Assembly: GCA_029856145.1 (NCBI GenBank)
Contig: JAHQWK010000001.1
Coordinates: 160,001 to 224,000, forward strand
DNA length: 64,000 nucleotides
DNA from: Promethearchaeia archaeon
Lineage (GTDB): Archaea > Asgardarchaeota > Lokiarchaeia > Sigyniarchaeales > SOKP01
Reading direction: 5' to 3'
The notes under the pieces: generated by a model
What the model was told of the DNA's origin: nothing
Seen by the model: only the letters and a program-made list of their open reading frames with translations
The model's database searches: none
Shown: positions 51,920-61,873 of the stretch, piece after piece
Layout of the letters: every line of letters begins with the position of its first letter
Position numbering within the stretch: position 1 is the first letter of the stretch
Made by a program: the position numbers and the translations under genes

Positions 51920-52813
51920 ATGGCTATTAAAACGAAAAATAATGAATTATTAAATTTATGCCCGGAATGTGGGGGTTCAATAATTCCATTGATTAGTACT
52001 GGAGATGTTGTATGTAATCAATGTGGTTTAGTTATAGATGAAAAGAATGTTGATTTCTCACATAATGGTAGGAGAGCATATACAAATCAAGAAAAAATTA
52101 GTAGAGAGCAAACTGGGGCTCCAATTTCTATTTTACTACCAGATATGGGATTAAGTACAGTTATAGATAAAAGTAAAATAATTAACCCTGATTTAAAAAG
52201 AGCTGCTAAATGGAATACTCGTATAACATGGCAAAAGAGAAATTTATTAATTGCATCTACGGAATTAAAAAGAATTAGCACCATTTTGAACTTACCTAAT
52301 TACGTAAAAGAAGATGCGATGCGTCTTTATATCGAAGCTTTTAAAAAGAAATTGCTGCGAGGAAGATCTATTAATGCTATGGTTGCTGCTTGTTTATATC
52401 TAGCATGTAGGAGGAAAAAACTTCCCAGAACACTTCAAGAAATTTTGAATGAAGCAGCAGTAAATTCTAAAGATGTAAGAAGAAGTTATGCAATATTAAT
52501 TAGAGAACTGAAATTAAATCCACCATCAACTAATCCAGTATCTCTTATTCCGAAGTACATGACAGATTTAGGATTGAACTCAGAAATTGAGCAATTAACA
52601 ACTAAAATTCTTAATGCATATAGATCAAAATTTTCTATTAGTGGTAAAGATCCAAAGGGTTTATGTGCTGGAGCAATATATTTAGCATGTAAACTTAAAA
52701 ATAAAGAAGTTACTCAACAACAAATTGTACAAGCAATTGGGGTTACAGAAGTCACTCTTCGCTCAAGATATAAAGAATTAAAAAATAAATTAAAGATATC
52801 TATTCCAGTATAA
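51920..52813 (+). CDS. tfb: Transcription initiation factor TFB
   Basis: Zn ribbon CPECG..CNQCG, two cyclin repeats, LRGRS, GKDPKG, GVTEVTLRSRYKEL. Confidence 0.95.
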   Translation: MAIKTKNNELLNLCPECGGSIIPLISTGDVVCNQCGLVIDEKNVDFSHNGRRAYTNQEKISREQTGAPISILLPDMGLSTVIDKSKIINPDLKRAAKWNTRITWQKRNLLIASTELKRISTILNLPNYVKEDAMRLYIEAFKKKLLRGRSINAMVAACLYLACRRKKLPRTLQEILNEAAVNSKDVRRSYAILIRELKLNPPSTNPVSLIPKYMTDLGLNSEIEQLTTKILNAYRSKFSISGKDPKGLCAGAIYLACKLKNKEVTQQQIVQAIGVTEVTLRSRYKELKNKLKISIPV

Positions 52814-52927
52814 AAAAAACATATTTTTTTTCAATCTCTTTTCCCTTTTTAGACTACTTTTTGAGGAAATATAAAAATATAGATATTTCATTATTATTAT
52901 TTAGTTAAAATTATAATTAAACTCATT

Positions 52928-53920
52928 TTGATTGAGAATATGATTTCATTTAAAGAATTAGGGTTTTCAAATACCAAAAGGATGTTTGAAGTTGCCTTAG
53001 AAAGAAAATTTGCAGTTCCCGGATATAATTTTAGCAATTTAGAGCAATTGCAAGCTATTATTATCGGCTGTGGAGAAAGCAATTCACCTGTTATCCTACA
53101 AAATAGCCCTAGTGCCGGAAAATATGCAAATCCAATAATGGTTCGATATCTAGGACAAGGAGCTGTAGAAATGGCAAAAGACTTAGGGTATGATATACCA
53201 ATAGCTTTGCATTTAGACCACGGAAGTTCATTTGAGTTAGCTAAAAATTGCATAAATAATGGGTTTTCAAGTGTTATGTTTGATGGAAGCCATTTAAAAT
53301 ATGATGAAAATGTTAACACTACAAAAAAAATTGTTCATTATGCTCATGAAAAAGATGTATGCGTAGAAGCTGAATTGGGTGTTATTGCGGGTATTGAGGA
53401 TCATGTAAAAGCAACTAAACATTATTATACTGATCCGGAACAAGTTGAAGATTTTGTAAATAAGACAAATTGTGATTCTTTAGCTATTGCTATAGGCACA
53501 TCCCATGGGGCTTATAAATTTAAAGTTGAAAAAGAGGAAGACATTCCTGAATTACGTTTTGATATACTTCAAGAAGTTAGAGAACGGTTAGACAAATTCC
53601 CCATTGTTCTACATGGCTCATCCTCTATCCCTAAGAAATATATAAAGATTATTAATGAATATGGTGGAAAAGTAGCTAAAGCTTTTGGAATTCCTGAGCT
53701 TCAACTTAAGAAAGCGACTCAATATGGAGTTTGTAAGATTAATATCGCCACTGATTTCAGAATTGTTTTTACCGCTATGATACGAAAATATCTATCAGAA
53801 CATCCAAATCATTTTGGACCAAGACAATATTTAGGTTTAGCCCGCCAAGAATCAATAGAAATGATTAAGCAGAGAAATAAAGAAGTACTCGGTTCTGCTA
53901 ATCAAGCTCAATATATTTAA
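52928..53920 (+). CDS. fba: Class II fructose-1,6-bisphosphate aldolase
   Basis: ALHLDHG, SSVMFDGS, VEAELG, AIGTSHGAYK, VLHGSS, KINIATD. Confidence 0.95.
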   Translation: MIENMISFKELGFSNTKRMFEVALERKFAVPGYNFSNLEQLQAIIIGCGESNSPVILQNSPSAGKYANPIMVRYLGQGAVEMAKDLGYDIPIALHLDHGSSFELAKNCINNGFSSVMFDGSHLKYDENVNTTKKIVHYAHEKDVCVEAELGVIAGIEDHVKATKHYYTDPEQVEDFVNKTNCDSLAIAIGTSHGAYKFKVEKEEDIPELRFDILQEVRERLDKFPIVLHGSSSIPKKYIKIINEYGGKVAKAFGIPELQLKKATQYGVCKINIATDFRIVFTAMIRKYLSEHPNHFGPRQYLGLARQESIEMIKQRNKEVLGSANQAQYI

Positions 53921-54023
53921 TATGTTTTATGTTTATATTGAACCAACTTCTTGTGGCGTAAGATTATCAAACTTCATATTACCCTAAATAGCCACTTTTG
54001 AAAAAGTATAAATAACCATAATT

Positions 54024-54293
54024 TTATCCTTTTTCAAAAATTATACCAGTACCACCAGTAGGATATCTAAATTTTATTGCTTCTGCCTCACAGACTTGAT
54101 AGCAAGCAGCACATTCTAAACATTTTGATTTGTAATCGTTAATAATATGAATCTTACCATCTTTTTTTCGCCATAGATTCATTACGCATATTATTAAACA
54201 TCTTTCACAATTATTACATTTATTATAATCTATTGATATGAAATCTCCAGTGCCTGGGATTCTTTTGGTTAAACTCTCGATTTCAATCTTCAT
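54024..54293 (-). CDS. FixX-like 4Fe-4S ferredoxin
   Basis: CNNCERCLIIC, CLECAACYQVC, YPTGGTGI; ATGA overlap with the upstream gene. Confidence 0.88.
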   Translation of the reverse strand: MKIEIESLTKRIPGTGDFISIDYNKCNNCERCLIICVMNLWRKKDGKIHIINDYKSKCLECAACYQVCEAEAIKFRYPTGGTGIIFEKG

Positions 54294-55699
54294 TTTACTT
54301 TATCACTTCTTCTCTTCTTTTTTTCTGGCAACAAATCTAGGAGTTTAGGTAATATTTTCATAATTTTTTTTGGATCCATAATTTTATCTAGGTCTTCTTC
54401 AAAGATTTTGGCTACTAAAGGAAAGACGTATCCCATTATAAAAGGAGTAGCTTTTGGCATATATGATTTAACATGGCTCACAATTTGACGTATTCTCTTA
54501 GCATGGGGCTGAGACCAATCGAATATTCCTCCTAAAATTTCCATTATCATAGGAACAAACCAAGACATCGTTTCTTTAGGACTAAATGGTAAGGCTTTCC
54601 AAATATTCCATAGCTCTCTCCCAGATTCAAATTCCTCTCCCACACTAGTTTTTTGCCATTCATTATCATATTTTTTGAGAGCTACCCGGGATACATCTCC
54701 AGATAGTATAGCCTCTGCTGCCACTTCAGCGGCAATTTTACCTGTTACCATCGCAGGATATATACCTTCCGCTTCAAGAGGGCATGGAAAACCGCCAGCA
54801 TCACCAATTAATATTACCCCATTAGTATGAGTATTATAAGGATAATCTAACCAAGGAAGTAGGTGAGCTTGTAGCTCACGTGGTTTCGCTTCAAGGATCT
54901 TTAGCAATCTTTGGTAATATTTTAGATTAATAACTCGATTTAAATAATACAATGGATTTTTATCCCACCAATTCATCCAATTACCTAATCCTTGATGAAA
55001 ACCATCATTAAAGAAAACTTGATATGAAGCAGGGAAATTTGAACCCCACCAAACAGCTAGAGCTTCATCACCCATAATATTATTGATTTTTTCAGGAACT
55101 GCTTGAAAGTCATATTGTGATGTTATTGTAACCTGATGTTGAGCCCATCTATTTCTCAATCCAGATTTTTGTGCTACAGTTGATATAACCCCATCTGCCC
55201 CTATAACAATTGGTGCATTATATTTTTCACCTTTTTCATCAATAACACCACAGACATTGCCATCCTCTTTCAATAAATCAACAATTAAAGTCGAATTTTT
55301 CAATTCAGCTCCAGCATTAGTAGCAAACTCAGCAATCCATGGATCAAACTCACTACGATATACATTCATAGTGATCCAAGATTTAGCTGGTTCATATGTA
55401 ACTGATTCTGTTGGCCGTGCCATTATATAGCCTGCTACTATATCATTATCATTTACAAAATAATTACGCGCAGCTACTCCTGCTCTCATAGAAGGACATT
55501 TTTCAGGAGTTAAATTTTTCATCAATTCAGGGAAATCTCTGAACATTCGAGGTCCTAATCCACAACCTGAAGAATTTTTTTCACCTGGTTTACGACCACG
55601 CTCAAAAAAAATAGTTTTTAACCCGTTTTCAGCAGCAGTTTTTGCTGCAATAGAACCTCCTGGTCCAGCACCGACTATTATTAGATCATAATTTTTCAT
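54290..55699 (-). CDS. FixC/GGR-family FAD-dependent oxidoreductase
   Basis: IVGAGPGG, FERGRKPGEKN, RSEFDPW, GADG, IGDAGG..EAEGI; coupled to the FixX-like ferredoxin. Confidence 0.87.
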   Translation of the reverse strand: MKNYDLIIVGAGPGGSIAAKTAAENGLKTIFFERGRKPGEKNSSGCGLGPRMFRDFPELMKNLTPEKCPSMRAGVAARNYFVNDNDIVAGYIMARPTESVTYEPAKSWITMNVYRSEFDPWIAEFATNAGAELKNSTLIVDLLKEDGNVCGVIDEKGEKYNAPIVIGADGVISTVAQKSGLRNRWAQHQVTITSQYDFQAVPEKINNIMGDEALAVWWGSNFPASYQVFFNDGFHQGLGNWMNWWDKNPLYYLNRVINLKYYQRLLKILEAKPRELQAHLLPWLDYPYNTHTNGVILIGDAGGFPCPLEAEGIYPAMVTGKIAAEVAAEAILSGDVSRVALKKYDNEWQKTSVGEEFESGRELWNIWKALPFSPKETMSWFVPMIMEILGGIFDWSQPHAKRIRQIVSHVKSYMPKATPFIMGYVFPLVAKIFEEDLDKIMDPKKIMKILPKLLDLLPEKKKRRSDKVK

Positions 55700-55847
55700 C
55701 TGAATTTCCTTTTCAAGTTTCTTTTAGAAAATATAATTGTTTAATATTACTTATCTATTAATTAAAGTTTTATTTTTTTTAATGAAAATATCTTAATAGA
55801 TGGAAATATTTTATGAAGAAAGAAATATCTTTTTTTTCATAATAAGT

Positions 55848-57308
55848 ATGAGTGAAGACCAGATATACAATGAATTAGGAAAAATTTGTGGCTTAAAAAA
55901 TATTTCAAATGATTCTACTTTACTTAAAACATTTTCAGAAGATTTAAGTTTCTTTCCTAAGAACGATCCAAAATATGTGATTTGGCCTGAAAATAGAAAG
56001 CAAATTCAAAAAATTTTAAAATTAGCTAATTCTTTAAAATTTTCTATTATTCCTGTTAGTTCTCCCTCAGGACCTAGACACCATGGAGATACAATTCCAC
56101 GTCATAACAAGGGTGTTATATTAAACCTCTCTAAATTGAATAAAATAATAAATATTGATAGGAAAAACAGAGTAGTTATGATTGAACCAGGTGTTACTTT
56201 TACTGACCTAATTCCGCGTTTACATAAAAAAGGTTTAAAGCTATTAATGCCTTTATCCCCCAGAGCCTCAAAATCTGTTCTCACTGCTGCACTCGAGCGT
56301 GAGCCCATTACAATTCCCCGTTATATGTGGGATAGCTCTGATCCATTATTATGTACTGAGGTCTTTTTCGGAAATGGTGAATTATTTAAGACAGGAACAG
56401 CAGCAGGACCAGGGAGTATTAAACAACAAAAAAAATCAGGACAAGCCCAAGTAAATCCAATGGGTCCTACTCAATTTAGTCCATTTAGGGTTATACAAGG
56501 AGCACAAGGAAGTATCGGAATTGTTACATGGGCCACACTTAAATTAGAATTAGGGTCTTCAATCCAAAAAGTATATCATCTTCAATCAGATGATATAAAA
56601 AAATTACTAGATTTTCAATATGAACTTTTAAAATATCGCTTATGTGATGAATTGTTAATTTTGAATAATCTTAATCTAGCTTGTTTAGTGAAAGAAAAGT
56701 CAGATGATATCTTAAGATTATCCAATAAATTAGAGAAGTGGAATTTAATATTTGTTATTTCAGGAAGGGGAAAGCTAGCAAATGATAAAATTTCATATAT
56801 AGAAGGCGATATTCACGATGTTATGAAAGAGAAAAAGCTAGAGTTAACGGAGAATGGAATAATCAATGAAAATGATATTTTAAAATTCTTAAGTCAAGCC
56901 GATACAAATCCTTGGAGATTGCGATTGAGTGGAGGATATCAAGATATATTTTTCATATCAAATTATGAAAGAATAACAGAATTTATTTTAATGGTTAAGA
57001 AACAAATTCCAAAGAATTTAGGAGTTTACATTCAAGCGATTAACCAAGGCACATCATATCACTGCGAATTTGATGTATATTATAATCCTAATGAAAAAGA
57101 AGAAACTTTAGATGTTAAAGAAAGGTTCTTGAAAACTAGTGTTAGTTTAATGGATTCTGGCGCCTTTTTTAATCGTCCTTATGGCCTTTGGGCTAAAGAA
57201 GTATATAAAAGACATGAAGACTCAACCCAAGTAGCCTTAAAAAAAGTCAAGAAAATTTTTGATCCTCATAATATTTTAAATCCTGGAGTTTTATGTTTTG
57301 ATGATTAA
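55848..57308 (+). CDS. FAD-linked oxidase (GlcD/D-lactate dehydrogenase/alkyl-DHAP-synthase superfamily)
   Basis: IEPGVTF, GSIGIVT, KKIFDPHNILNPG; start at MSEDQ preferred over 55800. Confidence 0.85.
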   Translation: MSEDQIYNELGKICGLKNISNDSTLLKTFSEDLSFFPKNDPKYVIWPENRKQIQKILKLANSLKFSIIPVSSPSGPRHHGDTIPRHNKGVILNLSKLNKIINIDRKNRVVMIEPGVTFTDLIPRLHKKGLKLLMPLSPRASKSVLTAALEREPITIPRYMWDSSDPLLCTEVFFGNGELFKTGTAAGPGSIKQQKKSGQAQVNPMGPTQFSPFRVIQGAQGSIGIVTWATLKLELGSSIQKVYHLQSDDIKKLLDFQYELLKYRLCDELLILNNLNLACLVKEKSDDILRLSNKLEKWNLIFVISGRGKLANDKISYIEGDIHDVMKEKKLELTENGIINENDILKFLSQADTNPWRLRLSGGYQDIFFISNYERITEFILMVKKQIPKNLGVYIQAINQGTSYHCEFDVYYNPNEKEETLDVKERFLKTSVSLMDSGAFFNRPYGLWAKEVYKRHEDSTQVALKKVKKIFDPHNILNPGVLCFDD

Positions 57309-57458
57309 TAGTACACTAATATTAAAATTTAAAAAAACATAATTTTTTAATCTCTAGAAACGAATTTAGACCTATTTTCGTTTTCATAAATGTTAAATAT
57401 TTCTATTTTTATTATAGGTGAGAATCAATATTTTCAATATCAAGTAAATGAGTTTGTG

Positions 57459-58346
57459 ATGATGAAACCGCTTGTATTTTTAGTTGAAGATGATGAAGTT
57501 CTTGTAAAAAATTTTAAGATATTCTTAGAAATGAATGCTTATGATCTAGTTTCTGCTTCAAATGGAAAAGAAGGACTTGAAGTTCTCTCAAATCTTAAAA
57601 ACCCCCCAGATATTATAATTTCAGATATCCTAATGCCAATATTAGACGGATATGATTTTTATATGAGAGTTTCAGAAAAAACAGAGTGGTCAAGAATTCC
57701 TTTTTTCTTTCTATCTGGTAAAACACAACCTGATGATGTAAGATTTGGTAAAATGCTTGGTGCAGATGATTACATTACAAAACCATTTAGCCCAATGGCA
57801 TTATTAGAAAAAATTTCGAAAAAAATTAAAGAGAGTAGAGAAATTAAAAAAAGCTCTAAAATACTTGAGGAAAAGCTTAAAGACATTTTAAAATTCGAAG
57901 AACCATCTTTAGAAACACTTAGTAAAGCAGATTTTTACTATATTTTTTATATGAGTTGGGAGGAGGGAAAAGGACCTGTAATATTAGACTATTTTCCTAA
58001 AAACCTAATCCCATCGCTTAATCTTGAAGAACTTACAATTCAACTGTATTCTACTCTAATAAAAATATATGAGTTTGAGCAAGTTCTCGAGAAAAACCAA
58101 TTTATTATGAGGATTGTCAAAGATCTAATTGATGCATATGGTTTGATAGATAAAATGGAAGAAAATTCAGTAATAGCTCCCAAAAGTGGAAAGGGAACAT
58201 TTATGATATGTGCAATAACTCCCAATTTTCACTACCTAAACTCTAAAAGAATTAGAGAAATTTTAACAAAATTAGCTTTTAATATAAAAGCAAATAGAGA
58301 ATGGAGTATAAAAGAATATTGGGAAGAGTTATCTCAAATTAAATGA
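57459..58346 (+). CDS. Response regulator receiver domain fused to a putative longin/uDENN-like domain
   Basis: Intact REC residues (VEDD, ISDILMP, FLSG, TKPF); C-terminal YIFYMSWEEGKGPVILDYFP; likely start at MMKP. Confidence 0.85.
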   Translation: MMKPLVFLVEDDEVLVKNFKIFLEMNAYDLVSASNGKEGLEVLSNLKNPPDIIISDILMPILDGYDFYMRVSEKTEWSRIPFFFLSGKTQPDDVRFGKMLGADDYITKPFSPMALLEKISKKIKESREIKKSSKILEEKLKDILKFEEPSLETLSKADFYYIFYMSWEEGKGPVILDYFPKNLIPSLNLEELTIQLYSTLIKIYEFEQVLEKNQFIMRIVKDLIDAYGLIDKMEENSVIAPKSGKGTFMICAITPNFHYLNSKRIREILTKLAFNIKANREWSIKEYWEELSQIK

Positions 58347-58515
58347 ATTATTACTTTTCCTTTTACTAATTCATCTTGGAAATTTGTTTAGAATATAATG
58401 TATAACATTAGATTTCTTAATAGTTATTAATTTATTTGATTAAAAATTACATAATTTCACTGTAAAAATCAATTTAAATTAGTTATATCTTATAAAAAGG
58501 GGAGTTTCTACATTA

Positions 58516-59820
58516 TTGAATGAGCAAGAATATAATCAAATGATAAAACGCTGTCTCCGATGCTCAATCTGTAAATGGATACCACAACTACAAATAAAAA
58601 GTCAAAAATATGCTACAATTTGTCCTTCAATAGACATGTTTAATTTTCATGCATATAGTGCAGGTGGTCGCATAATTATAGCTTTAGCACTAGAGATGGG
58701 GAGATTAAAACCATCACAAGAAATAATGGATATTGTTTACAAATGTACTGAATGTGGTGGATGTGCGGTATCATGTAAATTTTTAAATACTTTAGAACCA
58801 CTTGAAATAATAGTTAAACTCCGAGAAAGATTGGTATCTTTAGGATATGGACCAATGCCAAAACAGCAACAATATATTAAATCTATAAAAAAAAAGAATA
58901 ATCCTTATGAAGAACCTCATGGAAAAAGGCTGGAGTGGTTATCAAATGATATTAAGATTGATCCCAACGCAAAGGCCTTATATTTTGTAGGATGCACTTC
59001 ATCTTATCGGAGAAAAGAAATAGCTATTGCCACTGCTCGTATAATGAATGCTGCGAATTATTCATTTAAAATTCTTAACGATAATGAATTTTGCTGTGGA
59101 AGCCCAATCTTAAGAACTGGGGATAAAGATTCATTCATTGAACAAGTCAACAAAAATATTGATATTATTGAAAAAGAAGGAATAGAAACTATTGTCTTTA
59201 GTTGTGCTGGATGTTATAATACCTTTAAAGTTGAATATCCTTTAGAAAGGGAACATAATTTCAAAATTCTTCATACAACAGAGTTATTTAATGAATTAAT
59301 CGACAGTTCTAAATTGAAATTGAATAATCAAGTCCTTCAAACAGTAACATACCATGATCCTTGTCATTTAGGGCGTAATTCTGAACCATATGAAGAATGG
59401 GATGGTGAGGCATTACAGATGATGCCTCTTGTATCTCTTAATATGCCTGAAAAACCTAAGAGATGTGGAACGTATGGTATTTATGAATCTCCAAGAGATA
59501 TCTTAAAAAAAATACCAGGGATTAATTTTATTGAAATGGAAAGAATAAAAGAATATTCCTACTGTTGTGGTGCTGGAGGAGGTGTAAAATCAGCATTTCC
59601 AAAGTTTGCTCTTCAAACTGCTAAAACTCGGATAGAAGAAGCTGAAGATACTGGAGCAGAAATAATCACATCAGCATGTCCTTTTTGTTCCACTAATTTA
59701 AATGATGGAATCATTGAAAAGGGTTCTAATTTAAGGTTCTATGATATAAGTGAGTTACTTTTAATGGCACTAGACTCACCAAAAAAATCTATCAAAGAAT
59801 CATCGAAGGAGGTAACCTAA
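58516..59820 (+). CDS. Fe-S/CCG-domain oxidoreductase (HdrD/GlpC/GlcF-like)
   Basis: CLRCSIC, CTECGGCAVSC, FVGC, CCGSP, SCAGC, HDPCHLGR, CCGAGGG, ACPFC. Confidence 0.92.
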   Translation: MNEQEYNQMIKRCLRCSICKWIPQLQIKSQKYATICPSIDMFNFHAYSAGGRIIIALALEMGRLKPSQEIMDIVYKCTECGGCAVSCKFLNTLEPLEIIVKLRERLVSLGYGPMPKQQQYIKSIKKKNNPYEEPHGKRLEWLSNDIKIDPNAKALYFVGCTSSYRRKEIAIATARIMNAANYSFKILNDNEFCCGSPILRTGDKDSFIEQVNKNIDIIEKEGIETIVFSCAGCYNTFKVEYPLEREHNFKILHTTELFNELIDSSKLKLNNQVLQTVTYHDPCHLGRNSEPYEEWDGEALQMMPLVSLNMPEKPKRCGTYGIYESPRDILKKIPGINFIEMERIKEYSYCCGAGGGVKSAFPKFALQTAKTRIEEAEDTGAEIITSACPFCSTNLNDGIIEKGSNLRFYDISELLLMALDSPKKSIKESSKEVT

Positions 59821-61380
59821 GTGGTTCTTGAAAAAGATATTTTCAAAGAATTTGAGGATATTGTTGGCAAAGGAAATATAGATGATAGTGAGGTTATTAC
59901 CAATGTTTATGCATACAATTGGTGTATGGAAATTTTTAATTATATGGAAGGAAAAGAACCAATTCCATTTTCTCCTATTCCTAAAGCAGTTGTTTTACCA
60001 TCAACAACGGAAGAAGTTCAAAAACTTGTAATGTTATGTAATAAGTATGGCATATCATGTAAAATACAATCTACTGGACTTGGACCATGGAACCAACCCT
60101 CTAATGAAAACTGTATTATTTTTGACATGCGTAGGATGAATAAAATTATAAAGATTGATGAAAAAAACTTTTTTGCAGTAATTGAACCCTATGTTTCTGG
60201 AGCACAATTAGAGGTTGAAGTTATGAAATATGGATTATTACCTCACAATCCAGGAGCTGGACCTCAAGTATCACCTTTAGCCAGTGCTACTAGCATGAAT
60301 GGTCCCGGATTTACATCTCCATATACAGGTCATAGCGCTCGGAATGTTTTAGGCGTAGAATGGGTATTACCAGATGGAGAGATTATGAAATTAGGATCTT
60401 ATGGTCTAAAGAACAATCCAGACTGGTTTCACGGTGATGGTCCAGGACCAAGTTTAAGGGGAATCATGCGTGGTTGGGCAGGAACTAAATCAGGACTTGG
60501 AGTTTTTACAAAAGTTGCAGTAAAACTTTTCCCCTATCCATGTAGCACAGATTTTAATGTTAAAGGAAGTTCTCCCAACTACGATTTTGACATACCTGAT
60601 TTTATGAAATTATATGTTATGGATTGTGGAAATTTCAAGAAACTCGAAAATGTTATGTTGGGAGTAGAAGAGGAGGAAATATCATTTATGTGCAGTTATT
60701 TATCCGGTTTTGCAGTCATGGCTATTTTTTCCAATTCAATTGAAAGCTTAATGAATAAAATAGCAATAGGACAGATGAAAGCTCCGATAGTTATAATAAT
60801 AACTGCTCGTACAAAGCGAGAATTTGCATATAAGCAAAAAGTAATGGATTTGATACTTAAGAATTTTAAAATAAAAAACATTATCGGAAAAATATATACT
60901 CCTAATCCTATATTTTATGCTGAAGCTCTCCGCTCGAATTTAGGGCTACATGGTTTTATAGCTACTGGAGGCTTTCAGTCTTCCAAAGGAGTCGCAGATA
61001 CTGCAGCAGTTTGTTTTCGGAGTACTAAATCAAACATTCCTTTAAAGAAGGAATTTATTAAAAAGAAAGCAATTGTTAATGATTTTGGAGAAGGTACATG
61101 GATGACATCTTATGAATCAGGGCATTATTTTCATATGGAATCCCCTACTATGTTTGATCAAACTGAAGAAAGTAGTGTGAAAGGAATGGCTGAGTACATG
61201 GAAAAAAGTAATCAATTAGATCTACTTAAACATCTTGGTGCTCCATTCTTCGTAGAAGGTACGCGTATGCATGAGTTGTTTGGACCTTATATGTCCAACT
61301 ATCATTTATGGCTAAGAAAAATTAAAGAAACTTTTGACCCAAATAATATATCTGATTCTGGATTTTACATTTCACCATAA
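59821..61380 (+). CDS. FAD-linked oxidase (GlcD/alkyl-DHAP-synthase superfamily)
   Basis: AVVLPSTTEEVQ, IEPYV, RNVLGVEWVLPDG, GLGVFTK, KETFDPNN. Confidence 0.88.
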   Translation: MVLEKDIFKEFEDIVGKGNIDDSEVITNVYAYNWCMEIFNYMEGKEPIPFSPIPKAVVLPSTTEEVQKLVMLCNKYGISCKIQSTGLGPWNQPSNENCIIFDMRRMNKIIKIDEKNFFAVIEPYVSGAQLEVEVMKYGLLPHNPGAGPQVSPLASATSMNGPGFTSPYTGHSARNVLGVEWVLPDGEIMKLGSYGLKNNPDWFHGDGPGPSLRGIMRGWAGTKSGLGVFTKVAVKLFPYPCSTDFNVKGSSPNYDFDIPDFMKLYVMDCGNFKKLENVMLGVEEEEISFMCSYLSGFAVMAIFSNSIESLMNKIAIGQMKAPIVIIITARTKREFAYKQKVMDLILKNFKIKNIIGKIYTPNPIFYAEALRSNLGLHGFIATGGFQSSKGVADTAAVCFRSTKSNIPLKKEFIKKKAIVNDFGEGTWMTSYESGHYFHMESPTMFDQTEESSVKGMAEYMEKSNQLDLLKHLGAPFFVEGTRMHELFGPYMSNYHLWLRKIKETFDPNNISDSGFYISP

Positions 61381-61413
61381 AACAAATAAAAAAATGAGTT
61401 CGGGAGTAATATC

Positions 61414-61830
61414 ATGGCAGAATCAAACCAAGAAAATAAAAAGATAAGAGGTTTTGCAGTTCTAATCAATAGTATCCTAACACCTCTAAATGAAAATAAG
61501 AGGTTTAAAGAAAAATTTAGAAATATTAATACTAAAATTCTCTTAAATGCTTCGAACTTAAATCATGCGGCTATAATTGTAGTCGATAATGGATTAGTGA
61601 GAGTTGAGAGTATACCAAATAAACCAAAAGAAAATTTGAAAAAACAAAAGATAGGATGGGATGCTTTTTTAGAGATGGATACACAAACTTTCCTTGCTAT
61701 TGCTATGAATCGGCTTTCACTACTTGGAGTTGCGAAAATGTGGTTAACGCGGAGGGTAAAAATGCGCGGAATCAGAAAACTGCTCATTTTATTGAAAATG
61801 TTTAAATTTTTAACAAGTTATAACAGCTAA
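61414..61830 (+). CDS. SCP2 sterol/lipid-binding domain protein
   Basis: DAFLEMDTQTFLAIAMNRLS..MWLTRRVKMRG is typical of an SCP2 C-terminus. Confidence 0.7.
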   Translation: MAESNQENKKIRGFAVLINSILTPLNENKRFKEKFRNINTKILLNASNLNHAAIIVVDNGLVRVESIPNKPKENLKKQKIGWDAFLEMDTQTFLAIAMNRLSLLGVAKMWLTRRVKMRGIRKLLILLKMFKFLTSYNS

Positions 61831-61873
61831 ATTTTATTTCTAAAACCCTAATGAATTGAAAAAATGATTTATT

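Noticed and set aside
54290-55699. Nitrogen-fixation fix operon
   Set aside because: No fixAB/etfAB or nif genes are present; FixC/GGR-family + ferredoxin pairs are widespread in non-diazotrophs
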